Made by a program: the position numbers and the translations under genes. From positions 44,640,001 through 44,704,000 of the forward strand of contig JBNRSN020000015.1 in the NCBI GenBank assembly GCA_051313645.2: a stretch of DNA of 64,000 nucleotides, given 5' to 3'. Shown here piece by piece: positions 12,279-23,950 of the stretch (position 1 is its first letter; each line of letters opens with the position of its first letter). The notes beneath the pieces are model-generated. The model was not told the origin of the DNA and did no database searches. It saw nothing but the letters and a program-made list of their open reading frames with translations. The stretch comes from Centroscyllium fabricii (lineage: Eukaryota).

Positions 12279-12488
12279 GAGACTGATTATGTTGCAAATG
12301 ATCAAGTTGACCTTTACGACGATGTAATAGCGGCTGCCGATGGTAATAACCATGAAGATCAAAGTTATGATGACCTATTATCACGGACTCCCGGTGAGCC
12401 ACAGAAAACGGACAATAGTGCCAGGCCAACCATAGTCTACACGTACGGAGGCAAACGGCAAGCTGTCTATGTGGGAAACCTGACATGG
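12279..12488 (+). CDS. CPSF7: CFIm large subunit (CPSF7-like), coding exon A: acidic N-terminal region and start of RRM
   Basis: tttcag|GAG ... TGG|gtgagt, 210 nt, phase 0/0. Translates ETDYVANDQVDLYDDVI...IVYTYGGKRQAVYVGNLTW, matching the CPSF6/7 motifs DQIDLYDDV and YTY..KR.A.Y.GNLTW. Confidence 0.93.
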
Positions 12489-12914
12489 GTGAGTGACTCT
12501 GAACCTGGTTAATGTTACTCTGATGTACATAGCCATATGTCCAATGGATGGCAACTGCATTTGGATACACTCAAAAGTTTCCAAGAGGCCTGGATGGAAC
12601 AACTGGTAATGTTATTGTTATCCCTCCTTTTCTAAATATATTGGCTAAATTGCCTGGGACAATCCAATTTTGATGTGGGGAAAAGTATCCTGCTTTGGGA
12701 AACTGCCTAAATATAACTTCTGTCAGTTTTCCCTACTGTTGGAGAGGACTGAACCTTGCTGGCTCCCAACCATTCCTGGAATCCTGTTGTAGAGGCAATG
12801 GGCAAGAGACAGACAAGAGTCAAACTGGGCGAGTTAAGTTGCTCAGTCATGCCTACATGTGATGGAATGGTTTCGCTCACTGAGACTTATGGGTAAACTG
12901 CTTCTCATCATCAA

Positions 12915-14260
12915 ATTAAGTCTGACGAGAGCATATGAATAAATGAAAATGACCGACGGGAAAAGACCAACTGGTCCATTGAGCCTGTCCCATATTATGA
13001 TGCAGCTAAACACCATGGCTGCCATTGCCCACCCCCCACCCATCAGCAGCCTTGTAGTCTCCACGGAGAGGCATGAAACGGGGGGAAAAAAAACCCGAGT
13101 GCAAAAGAAATCTTGGAAATTCTTCTCCAACCCCGAAGGCAATCAAACAAGTTCCAAGAAATCACAGTAAATCCGTACACTGAACGAGCTGGCAACTCAT
13201 TTCAAAGGCCGATGACTCTGCAAAAAGAAAAACCTCCTGATAACTAACCTAGTTCTATGTTCATGTAACTTACACAAATATCCCCTGGTCCTCCCTAACC
13301 TATCTAACTCAAATAGCATATCCATATGGACCAGATCTAATCTTTTCATTATTTTAAAAGACCTTAATCAAATCTCCTCAAAGTCCATACTTTTCTAGAG
13401 TAAATATAACCCGCTCTCCAAGCATATCATGGTAACTAAGGGTATTTAAACTAGGTATCAATCTACTGGCCTTCCTCTGAACCTTTTCCAGGGCCTCTTT
13501 CACTCAGCATGTGAGGAGACCAAAAATGGGCACGGTGTTCTAAATGAGGCCTAATTAAGGTCTTATACAAGGATAGTATAATGTTTTTTGTTTTATATTG
13601 GATTGCCTTGGCAATACATCCTGGTAATCTATTTGTCTAGCCTCATGGCACTGGTTGTGAATCTTAAGAATCATGCACTATAACACCTGGGTCTTTCTCC
13701 TGCTCAATGGTCTTAAGTTCATAAGCTTGCATTGTATGCACGTGCTCTGTTCCCTTTTACCCATGTGCATAACACTACATTTATTTATATTAAATTACAT
13801 CTGGCAGACGTAGGCCCATTCCTCTATCACACCTAGTCTATTTTTCTTATCTACGGTCCTAAAGCCTGCACTAGCATTTGTATTATTCGTGGACCTCAAG
13901 TTACCCTGACACTTTCATCCAGACCATTGGTAAAGATGAAAAGCAGCGGTCCTAACGCAGATCCCTGCGGGACTTCACTGGTAACCAGTCCCCAAGCAGA
14001 ACCACTACCATTAATAACAGCTTTCTGCCTACACGCATACAACCAATTCCTCATCCATTATAAGATCTGCCCACTACTTCCACAGGATTAACCTTTTTTA
14101 GTAGCTTTTGGGTGACACCTTAACAAAAGCTTTTTGAAAATCCAGGTATACAATGTCAACCAGGCTACCCACCGCCACCAACCTAGTAACTTACTCAAAA
14201 AATTCAACTAAGTTGAAAAGACATGTCCTGCTGTTCCAGGTGTCATGTTGAGGGTCTCTG
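12915..14260 (-). mobile_element. Older CR1-clade LINE fragment of a different subfamily
   Basis: Minus-strand remnants of [24 protein letters not shown] and RPHLEH; distinct 3'UTR at about 12915-13200. Confidence 0.7.
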
Positions 14261-14264
14261 TAAC

Positions 14265-14367
14265 CAAAGTTCCCCCTAATTGTTTTTGGGTGCAGTTTCG
14301 TGCATACATGGAACTTAACATGGGAAAAGCCGGTCCCGTGCAGCCACGCAGCTCAGAGGGAATGTTG
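14265..14367. mobile_element. hAT-type MITE (103 bp), related to 44201-44343
   Basis: TIR CAAAGTTCCC / GGGAATGTTG; 8-bp TSD TCTGTAAC / TCTATAAC; shared subterminal gcrgccaygcagct. Confidence 0.75.
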
Positions 14368-15292
14368 TCTATAACTCTTGCTCTGTATTGGTGGACATAA
14401 AGAATATCTCTAATGATCCCTTGTAGCAGAAGTGTGCCAGGTCTAATATGATGAGTGTCTCCTTGACTAAGAACTGGAAGGTCTAATTGCAGACTGTGCT
14501 ATAATTTTGTTTGGAAATATGACCGGAAAGCCCCACCTTTGATTGCTGTCTTTATAGGACTGCAGCGATTCAAGAAGGCCAACATTTATTGCTCATTCCT
14601 AATTGCCCTTGAGACGGTGGTGGTGAGGGTACTCCTACAGTGCTGTTAGGGAGGGAGTTCCAAGATTTTGACCCAGTGACGGTGAAGGAACGGCGATATA
14701 TTTCTGAGTCAGGATGGTGTGTGACTTGGAGGGGAATTTGGAGGTGATGGTGTTCCCATGCGCCTGCTGCCTTCTAGGTGGTAGAGGTCTCGGGTTTGGG
14801 AGGTGCTGTAGTGACTACTGGAATTAGGGGACGGCGGGGTTAGGTGAGGAATCGTGGTGTGTACTAGTCTATGATGTAGTACATTTGCACATCAATCTGC
14901 CAAACTAGCCAGGCTACCATGTGCTTTAAAACCCTTGCAACAGGAAATATTTATTATGTGTTTATTATTGGACAAGTTCTGAAAATGATTTGGAGAGATT
15001 CCATTTGAAATCTTTGCCTTAATTAAGTGATAATTATTTGTCCTCCGTACTGATTGTTTAAATCAGAACATTCTGGCATTGTGAGTTTTGAAAACCTCCA
15101 ACTGGCAATTGTGAAGAAGGTTCTCTAAGTGTGTCTACAGAAGTAGGCTTTCTTTGCATCCTCTATCTTGAAAACTAGAAGTTTTCAAAATGGCGGCTGT
15201 TAGCGGAGGGTACTGCAGTAAGTTATATTTCTGTCGGGGACTGTATCAATGCCAAGGGTGCAAGTATTTATAAACGCCACAGTTTAACTTTA

Positions 15293-15868
15293 AGGCCCTG
15301 TCACACCTAGACGTTTTAGCCAGCGTATGCAAATTTGGCTAAAACGCTGGGTTACGTCGGATACGTTATGGGTACGTTATGCATACGCTGGGCATACGTT
15401 GCATACGTCGTTGTACTTCGAGTAAGTCGAGAATTTTTGAGCATGCACAAAAAATCTCGACGTATCTAGCGTATGATTCACACGTTCCGCATACGCTGGC
15501 CATACGTTGTAGGCACGTTAGGCGATCGTTGAACACACCTTACCTGTGCCCCTGTCATGCCCTGTCACACCTTGACGATTTCGTATGCCAACGTATCAAC
15601 ATTTATCTAAAACGTCGGCGATACGCTGCCGCGCGCTATGCATACGTTAGACTATCGTTGGGCATAAGTTGAGAACGCCGACAACACGCTAAGCATTCGT
15701 TGGTATAAGTTATCTGTAAGTTATCGATACGTTCTGTGTACGTTACTAATACGTTATGCATACGTTATGAATACGCTATTATACGCCCAAAACTGAAAAA
15801 AAGTCAAAAGTTCAGCGTTTAACCAAATTTGCATACGCTGGCTAAAACGTCTAGGTGTGACAGGGCCT
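15293..15868. mobile_element. Young MITE with 46-bp perfect TIRs and TTA TSD (PIF/Harbinger type)
   Basis: TIR AGGCCCTGTCACACCTAGACGTTTTAGCCAGCGTATGCAAATTTGG is identical at both ends; TTA at 15290-15292 and 15869-15871; CpG-rich interior. Confidence 0.9.
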
Positions 15869-16593
15869 TTACAGTTTATAAGCATCTCCGTGAAGGAGAG
15901 AGATGGGAGACGTGCAAAAAGAGGAAGAAAGAATGGGGAAAAAGTTACGAACAGCTACAGAGGTGACAAAAGAAAGTGCAAGCCATACAGAGAGAAAAAG
16001 GAGAGGGAAACAGAACAAATAATGGGAGTTGTGGGGAGATGGTTGTCATACCCAGTTGAGATCAGCTAAGTCAGCACAAAGTAGGGATTGGACCTGGGAC
16101 CTTCTGGTCTGTATTGTCTTGGTGTTGCACAGGGTGGTGCATTTGCCACTAGGATATTGGGGTGTCCTAGAGGACTCTGCTGGTTCTGTCTCCATTCCCG
16201 CTTATCGAGCCTTTGTTCTGGTCTGTTGTGTAGATTTAGTTGTAGAATCAGTTTTGTGGGTACTGCCTGTATGTTGCATCTGCAAAATTACTTCAGTGAG
16301 TCAGATGTAAACTGTGAAGTTATTAAACACTTGTACCTCCTGGCTTTGATGCAAGAATTTTAAGTCAGAGCACTTGTATCCAGCTGGTGTGACCACAAAA
16401 AACAAATTCAACTTGTAACCCAAATAAGGACATCAATGCCTGGAACATTTACACTTGAGGAAAGAAGACTCAGAGTTGATCTTATAGAAGCAAATCAAGA
16501 TCCTAAAGGGTAGGGACAAGATAAATATTAATATATCTTACATTGCTACCGATTATACAACAGGAGGGTAAAAGGAAAGTTTATATCTAACTA

Positions 16594-16935
16594 CAGGTTG
16601 AAGACCGTTAATCCAGTAACTGTTAAGCCGGCAGCTTCAGTCGTCCGGCATAAATTGCCCCGACTGCCCTGCGCATGCGCAAAATGGCCACCGCGATTGA
16701 TGCTTCGGCGAAAGATCTGCGCATGCGCCGCCAAACAGCGAGCGCATGCGCAGACCATTCAAAAGTTCCGGTGGCCATTTTGAATGATCTGCGCATGCGC
16801 AGACCATTCAAAATTTCACAGCGTCCATTTTGAATGCTGTGCGCATGCGCTGCCGTGGCTTCAATCAGTCGGCGTTTTCGAAGAATCCGGTAGGGTGCTG
16901 GTCCCAACCCTGCTGGATTAATGGTGTTCAACCTG
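16594..16935. mobile_element. Tigger/pogo-like (Tc1/mariner) MITE with TA TSD, nested in a decayed CR1
   Basis: TA|CAGGTTGAAGACCGTTAATCCAG ... CTGGATTAATGGTGTTCAACCTG|TA; CR1 3' sequence on both sides (about 16440-16590 and 16938-17020). Confidence 0.88.
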
Positions 16936-17285
16936 TACTTTACACAAGAGCTTGATGATTGTATGGAATGTACTGCCAAGGCAGGTAGCGGGAGCATGAA
17001 TGTTATTATATAACAACAATAATGTGCTAGTAGGTAAACAAATACTGAAATCTGCTGCTGATCTTGATGACTCCACGGATTGTCTTTGAGAATCCCCCCA
17101 ACCAATTAATAAACTAAACCTGTGCACAAGTGTTGGCATGTCATATGCTGTGATGCATAAAGTCTTCATCAAAATGGCACTACTTCTGGCTTTGAAAGCA
17201 AATTGTAGTGAATTAAAAGTCTTATCCTTTTGTTGTTGTCTTGATTTGCTAGTGACTTTCTAACCTCGTGTTTTGTTTCATTCAG

Positions 17286-17389
17286 TGGACGACAGACCAG
17301 GACGTGGCTGACGCTGTCCATTCATTGGGTGTGCAGGATCTGTTGGAGATCAAGTTCTATGAAAACAGGGCCAATGGGCAGTCTAAAGG
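17286..17389 (+). CDS. CPSF7: CPSF7-like coding exon B (RRM)
   Basis: ttcag|TGG ... AAAGG|gtgagt, 104 nt. [35 protein letters not shown] contains the CFIm signature [10 protein letters not shown]. Not in the ORF track. Confidence 0.95.
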
Positions 17390-18479
17390 GTGAGTTCATG
17401 TGAAAATCCAACTGAGCTAATGGGATACAATGAACACCCATATCAACTTCTCCTTGAGATACTAAAAATAAAAGAAAGCCTTTTGTTTCTGCAGCATCCA
17501 ATTATGCATCACAAATATTTTACTGCTTCAAATACAGTGAACCAAATTTGAGTGCAATAACTTGTGATGTAGACAAACATAGCAGCCATTTTACACACAG
17601 CAAGATCCAACAATAAAATAAGCAACCAGTTAACTCACTACTGTTATTTGAATAGTGCAATGAAATCACAAGCACCTCGGACAATGCAGCAGTATTGAGT
17701 TGGAGTGTCAGCTGCCGTGCACGTCAGTGTTCTTTACCTGCTGGAATCCTGGCGGAACTCACAACTGTTTAAGCTAAGATGGCACTAAAATACATGCTTC
17801 GAAATGATGGCCAGAGATCAAACCTGAGTCAACCTGGAGAGCAGTCACATGCACTATATCAGCACCTGAGTCCTCCAGGTAGCAACAGCTGTGCCATCTT
17901 CGAGCTATCCAAACCACAAAAAGAATTACTTGGACAAACGCAAAAGCAAAATACTGCGGATGCGGGAAGTCTGAACAAATATTACTTGGATTTACTTTTG
18001 GTGTAAGAATGGCTGTGGACAAGGAATTATGATTTAACTTTAATGTCCTTTTTGTTTATTTTGATCTTCGTGTTCAGTTTAAAGTGGGTGCTGGTGGCAT
18101 GGGAAGCTGGGCAGAAGGCAGCTAGGTTACAGCCCACACATTCAATGTCACTAATACACTGTATCTCGGGTTCTGTCATTCTGGCTAAATTACTTCAGGT
18201 TCCTTCCACCGGCAGATTGAAAATCCATCCATTTCAACTGCATGTTGATTGTTTCTTTCCTTTGTCGGGCTTGCTATCTTCTCCCAACTAATTTTTCTTG
18301 GTGTCACCACATTTAAGATAAATATATGCAAAAATGGGGTTGGAACCCTCCAGTGCTGCCCCCAAGGTTCAGTTAAGATGGATGTGTCCTGTAGAACTAT
18401 TAAAATATCCAGTGGTACAATTATAGATTCTAAACTTCCAAACGTGGGTTGTGCATGCAGAAAGCATATTTGATTTTTT

Positions 18480-19400
18480 ATAAATCACTTGGAAGACAGA
18501 GTATTATCCAAGGTGTTTAAGCTTGCTGATCACACTAAATAGGGTGCAGTGGCCAATGATGCTAACGAATGTGCTAACCAATGCAAAAGGATATGGATAG
18601 GCCAGGTCAGTGAGCAGAGAGATTGCAGATTGAATTCAACACAGATAAGTATAAAGTCATGGGATAAGAACCTATATTTATTGAGCACCTTTCACACCTC
18701 AGAATATCCCCAAATGCTTCATGGCCATTGAATTACTTTTTGAAATGTAGTCACTCTCATGCAGGCAAAAGTTAGGTAGAAGGAATAAGAATGTGAATTG
18801 CATATCAAATGTCAATGTGCTTGAGGTAACAGCAGGAAAGAGATTGGGGGTCTTTTTGGTGGATAGGCCATTAAAATCGTTGTTTGTGTTCACAGGTGGT
18901 TAAAAAAATCAGATAAAACGTTTGATGTATGGCTGAGTGTTTTACAAGTCAAGGACGTGATGTTCAAGTTGCATATGGGGTACTGTGGTCTCCATATTAT
19001 GGGAAAAATGTAGAATTATTGGAGGGAGTCCAGAGGAGGGCTGCAAGGCTGATTCCTGAACAAAGAGGGTTGAGTTATGAGGAAAGAATGTCTACTATAG
19101 ACTTTTATCTTCTAGGAAAAGGAGGATGAAGGAGGACTTAATGGAGGCCTTCAAGATTTTCACTAATGTGGAGAAATTAGGATCGAGGAAAGTTATTCTG
19201 TCAGCACAAGATTTAAGGACTTGGTGACACAATTTGAAGATACTGAAGTGAAAGGAAAATAGGAAATTTATCAATACTTTTTTTAGTAAGAGGGTGATAA
19301 CATTGTGGAACAGATTCGAAGTGGGGGGGAGGTTAGTAGGAAAAGGATCAGGTTTTAAAAAGGTCTGGATGATTTCTATTAGGACTATTCCATTGCAGGA
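18480..19400 (+). mobile_element. Old degraded CR1 fragment (others at about 11050-11530 -, 43615-43870 -, 61020-61310 +)
   Basis: WSPYYGKNVELLEGVQRRAARLIPEQRGLSYEER. Confidence 0.7.
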
Positions 19401-19891
19401 ATATTACTTCTAGAATCACAATAAGGAAACTGATGGGAAGTTTGGAGGAGTAGACGAGATGTTACTATGTAATATTGCTGGTATTTAGGTTTTGGTGCAA
19501 GAATTAACATGATTAAATATGGAGTGTATCACACTATATTAGTGCGGTTTTTTCTCGTAGCAGCGCTGTTGCCCTCCCCAAATGATAGCAAACGTAATCA
19601 TTGTTACTCATAACTGACACCACTGGGGAACTTTTATGAAAATTGGCCAATGTGTTCTCATCAAAGAAAAACAGTAAACATTAATTAAAGCATAATCAGA
19701 TAATAATATTGAAGCATTTGCCTAGTTTTGTTTTTACTGTTCTTTCTGAAGTGACTTTGATGCTATTTACAATGGGGTGGAATGATTTTTAAGAGCAGGT
19801 CATTGTGTTTTAAAAAAAAAATACCATGTCTCCAGCTTAAATTTCTAATTACCCCAGATGATTATTTGGTTCTATCGTCATACTGATTTAG

Positions 19892-20990
19892 AAAACATAG
19901 AACATAGAAAAATAGGAGCAGGAGTAGGCCATTCGGCCCTTCGAGTCTGCTCCGCCATTCAATATGATCATGGCCAATCCTCTATCTCAATACCATATTC
20001 CCACTCTCTCCCCATCATCTCCCCTTGATGTCTTTTGTGTCTAGAAATCTATCTCTCTCCTTCAACCAATGACGTATGCGGGAAAAGGGTTGAGGTTCTA
20101 CAGGCAGAGTTTCAGGAGCTAGGAAAAAGGTTAAAGAACAGGACCTCAAAGGTGGTAATCTCTGGATTACTTCCAGTGCCATGTGCGAGTAAGTATAGAA
20201 ACAGGAAGACACTGAAAGAAAGAAAGACTTGCATTTATATAGCGCCTTTCACGTCCATCGGACGTCTCAAAGCGCTTTACAGCCAATGAAGTACTTTTTT
20301 GAAGTGGAGTCACTGTTGTAATGTCTTTCTTTTTCTCCCAATGCCACGTGCAAGTAAGTACAGAACCAGGAAGATATTGCAGCCTTCTGTGGTAGAGAAT
20401 TCCACAGGTTCACCACCCTCTGACTGAAGAAATTTCTCCCCATCTCCATCCTAAATGTCCTACACCGTATCCTGAGACTGTGAACCCTCGTTCTAGACAC
20501 CCCCCCCCCCCCCCAAAGCCAGGGGTAACATCCTTCCTGCATCCAGTCTGTCTAGCCCTGTCAGAATTGTGTACGTTTCAATGAGATCCCCTCTCATTCT
20601 TCTAAACTCTAGTGAATACAGGCCTAGTCGACCAAATCTCTCCTCATACGACAGTCCTGCCATCCCAGAAATTGGTCTGGTGAACCTTCGATGCACTCCC
20701 TCTATGGCAAGTATATGCTTTCTTAGGAAAGGAGACCAAAACTGCACACAGTATTCCAGGTGTGGTCTCACCACGGCCCTGTATAACACTAGTAATCAAT
20801 CTCTTGGTCCTTTTTTGCTGAACTCTAAACTGCTCCCAATCCTCAGGCTTGCTACTTTTTCTGGCAACTTTATATGACTCCTCTTTGGATCTAATACTAT
20901 CTTTAATTTCTTTTGTTAGCCATGGTTGGGCCACTTTTACTTTTGTGTTTTTGCGCTAGAAAGGAATGTATAACTGGCAATTTGTTTTGA
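19892..20990 (-). mobile_element. Rearranged CR1 cluster (3' end and RT on -, ORF1 esterase piece on +, internal deletion)
   Basis: LYRAVVRPHLEYCVQFWSP on -; QPWLTKEIKDSIRSK on -; VLQAEFQELGKRLKNRTSKVVISGLLPVP on + at about 20070-20210. Confidence 0.8.
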
Positions 20991-23804
20991 ATATTGCAGA
21001 TGATATCTGTTTAGTGTGGGTAAGGGCTGGTGGCCATTTTGGGATGATCTCAGTATGAGACAGGTAGGTCTTGTGACCATTTTTTGTGTGGCTTGAGTTT
21101 TGTGAAAATGAACATTAATTGTGGCTCAATCATAACTATAAGCCTAGTTTTATGAAGCTAGCAAACAGAGTGATTCTGTGGGAAAAGAAAACTTACTTCA
21201 CTGTTGCTTCCAATGTGACCTGCGCAACAAAGACCCCAAGATTACAATGTCATTAGTTTCTAAATTTCTCAAATCGCCTTTAAACTGATAAAAGGGACAA
21301 TCAGCCAGAGTTCCCACTCCTGATCACTACACAGCATGTCCTTCTGATAATAGATATGTGTGTGGACATCGAATAAGGATAGGATCAGGCTTGGCTGTGA
21401 TTGAATAGCCTGTCAGCCACTCGGGTTGCATATGAAGAATGGTCACTCGGATGTAGGAACTTGCGAAATTATATCACGGCAAGAAAATTGGAAAGTTAAA
21501 AAAAAAATCAATATCCCATTCAGTGCCAATCAGTTGTGTTATGTGCAGGAAGAGGCCACAGGTTTCAACCTGGTCTGTATGTATTATTTTGTAATTTGTC
21601 ATTACAGTTATGCTGTTTGGTTGACAGAGTTTGTACAATATAATTTGATGAGCCAGGGCATTCTGTCCTTGCTAGTACAATGCCATTCAGTTCAATCATT
21701 CTTGCATTGCTTCAGGTTACTATAACAAAGCAATAGTTAAGCTAGTGTGATTTGTTCAATGTGATGGCTGGGAATCTGAACGCCATGAATTTTGGTTGTG
21801 CTTTTCATCTTAAACTGGCTGGTGTGGTTATAATGAACACTCCAGATGTGTAGAAATAAAGGATTTAGAGCATGTATTTGTTGTTGGTAGTCGGTGATTG
21901 CACCAGTATGTTTGTTCTTGCAATATAAGCATTTAGCACACGTTATTAATCCCTCTTGTCAGGAGGATCATCATGGTTCAATCTCTCATTTGCATTGAAT
22001 ACAAATAAAGCCAAACCATATTAATGTGTAATAGTGGGGGGAAGCGCCACTAGCGTGGCTAACACCAATGTAAGGGAGGATTGAGTTCATCTTTGTGTTA
22101 ACTCAGCAGAGTGTTAACATGGTGAGTTGTGCCAGAAACTAGCAACTCGTGCATTTAGTTCTTCACACATCAAGTTGTAGATTACCATTCAAAAAAAGGG
22201 GGAAGGTATTAGCTCATTACCACAGCCTACATGCCCATGAACAGCCAGTTCCTGAAGTGGAGTCTTGTCACTGATGTAGTGAAGTCCAATTAATTAAATA
22301 GGCTTCAAAAAAGCTCGAATTCCACAACTGGTTCAGCAGCATTTGTAAAGAGAAAAGACAGGTCAGTATTTTGGGTAGAGACTCTATCAGAACACAAACC
22401 TATCTTCTCTTTACAGTTGCTTAAGGACCTGCTCTGCATTTGTGCATTTTTGGTTTCATTTCATATTTCTAAAGTTGGTGTGGATTAGAGGTTAATCGCC
22501 CTGAAAGTCATGCATTTCTGCCACTTGAAATAACACTTGCCAAGTCTTGGCTCAGTTATTGAAGTGGCAAATAACGGTTAATTCAAGAAGAATTTTGAAA
22601 AAGCCATAATCTTTTGTTGGAAAAGACAATCTGCTTTTAAGAATCTGTTTTTACATGAGCGAGTCAGTGAGTGTGAATATGTTGCTGAGCAAGATACCAA
22701 ATGCACTTTGAACTGAGAATTGCAGTGCAGTAAATATATGAATGTTTAACCTGTGAGAATGGGGCCATTAGATTAAACAGGTGCTTTATAAAAATAAAGA
22801 CAGAAAATGTCAAAGACTCAGCAAAGTTAGGCAGATTTTGTGAACAGAACAGAAGAGTTGACGTTTCAGTTGTGGAATAAAGCTACAATAGAAAGTCGAG
22901 GAAACAAGGCCCTCAGTGACCAAGTTGATAGCAGTACAGCCTGCTGTAGTACTAAGCCATGCAGACCAGAAGGTCTCAGGACCAAGTCGGGTCTGTGCTG
23001 AGTTAGCTCATCTCTGCCAGGGCAGTAGAAGGGTTCTACAATCCAGAGGACTGAATTGGACTCGGTTGCGATGCCCTCATAATTGAATAACCTTGGTAAA
23101 GAAGTAGAGGTTGCCTGGTACCTGTAGAACTGTATCTGAAATGTATAATGAAAATGAGTGCTGCAGTAAAAAGTGAGAAAGGAGGAGAAGAAATGGTTGG
23201 TGGGTGGGAAACAATATTTTGTTTTGGCTGTACCTGAGGTTAGAATGAGGACTGTTGTAAACACTTCTGTACAAGCTGTTTTGTGGTGTTCCCTCCACTT
23301 GTGTCAGTGGTGCACAAACCATTTAGTGGGCAAGGACAGCACATGGTATAACACAAAGACACACAGACTCGGAGGGTCCCAGGTTCGGCCCCTTGTTTGT
23401 GCTTGATCCCTTGTCTTTGCTGAGCTGACTGATGTCACCTGGGCTTGCCTTTGACACACTCTGAGCACTTGGTTTAAGGAAAGGCAAATTAGGAAGGGTT
23501 ACTACTCCTGATCCCTATCTGCTAAAAAAAAGTGCATATATGTGGATGGTGCGTCAAACTCTACTCTGATGTTCTCCAAGGTTGACGAGCCGACTGACAC
23601 CCATTGTCTGGGCTCGTGCATGATGAATGGCCATTGGGCCAAGGTAACGCAAGGCTGCTGGAACCCATGAAACAGTACCTAGCATGAGTGGCCTTCAGGA
23701 GAAATGGGAAGAAAACTGGAAATGGCTTGCTGAATTGCTGTGCTGTGATGAGTAATAGATATCTCTTTTTTGTTTCTTTCTGTTTTCCTCTATTTGCTGG
23801 CCAG

Positions 23805-23950
23805 GTTTGCTGAAGTATATCTGGGCTCTGAAAATTCCGTCCGACGCCTCATGGAGCTACTTCCACAAAGAGAACTTCACGGACAGAGACCGGAGGTCAT
23901 GCCTTACAACAAACAGAATCTCAACCAGTTTGAAGCGCAATCCAAGAAAA
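23805..23950 (+). CDS. CPSF7: CPSF7-like coding exon C (end of RRM)
   Basis: Pyrimidine tract then ccag|G TTT GCT GAA ... AAG AAA A|gtaaat, 146 nt. FAEVYLGSENSVRRLMELLPQRELHGQRPEVMPYNKQNLNQFEAQSKK. Confidence 0.95.

Noticed and set aside
15290-15871. Kolobok or piggyBac assignment (TTAA target) for the MITE
   Set aside because: The right flank is TTTA rather than TTAA, while a TTA duplication fits exactly. Kolobok is not fully excluded.
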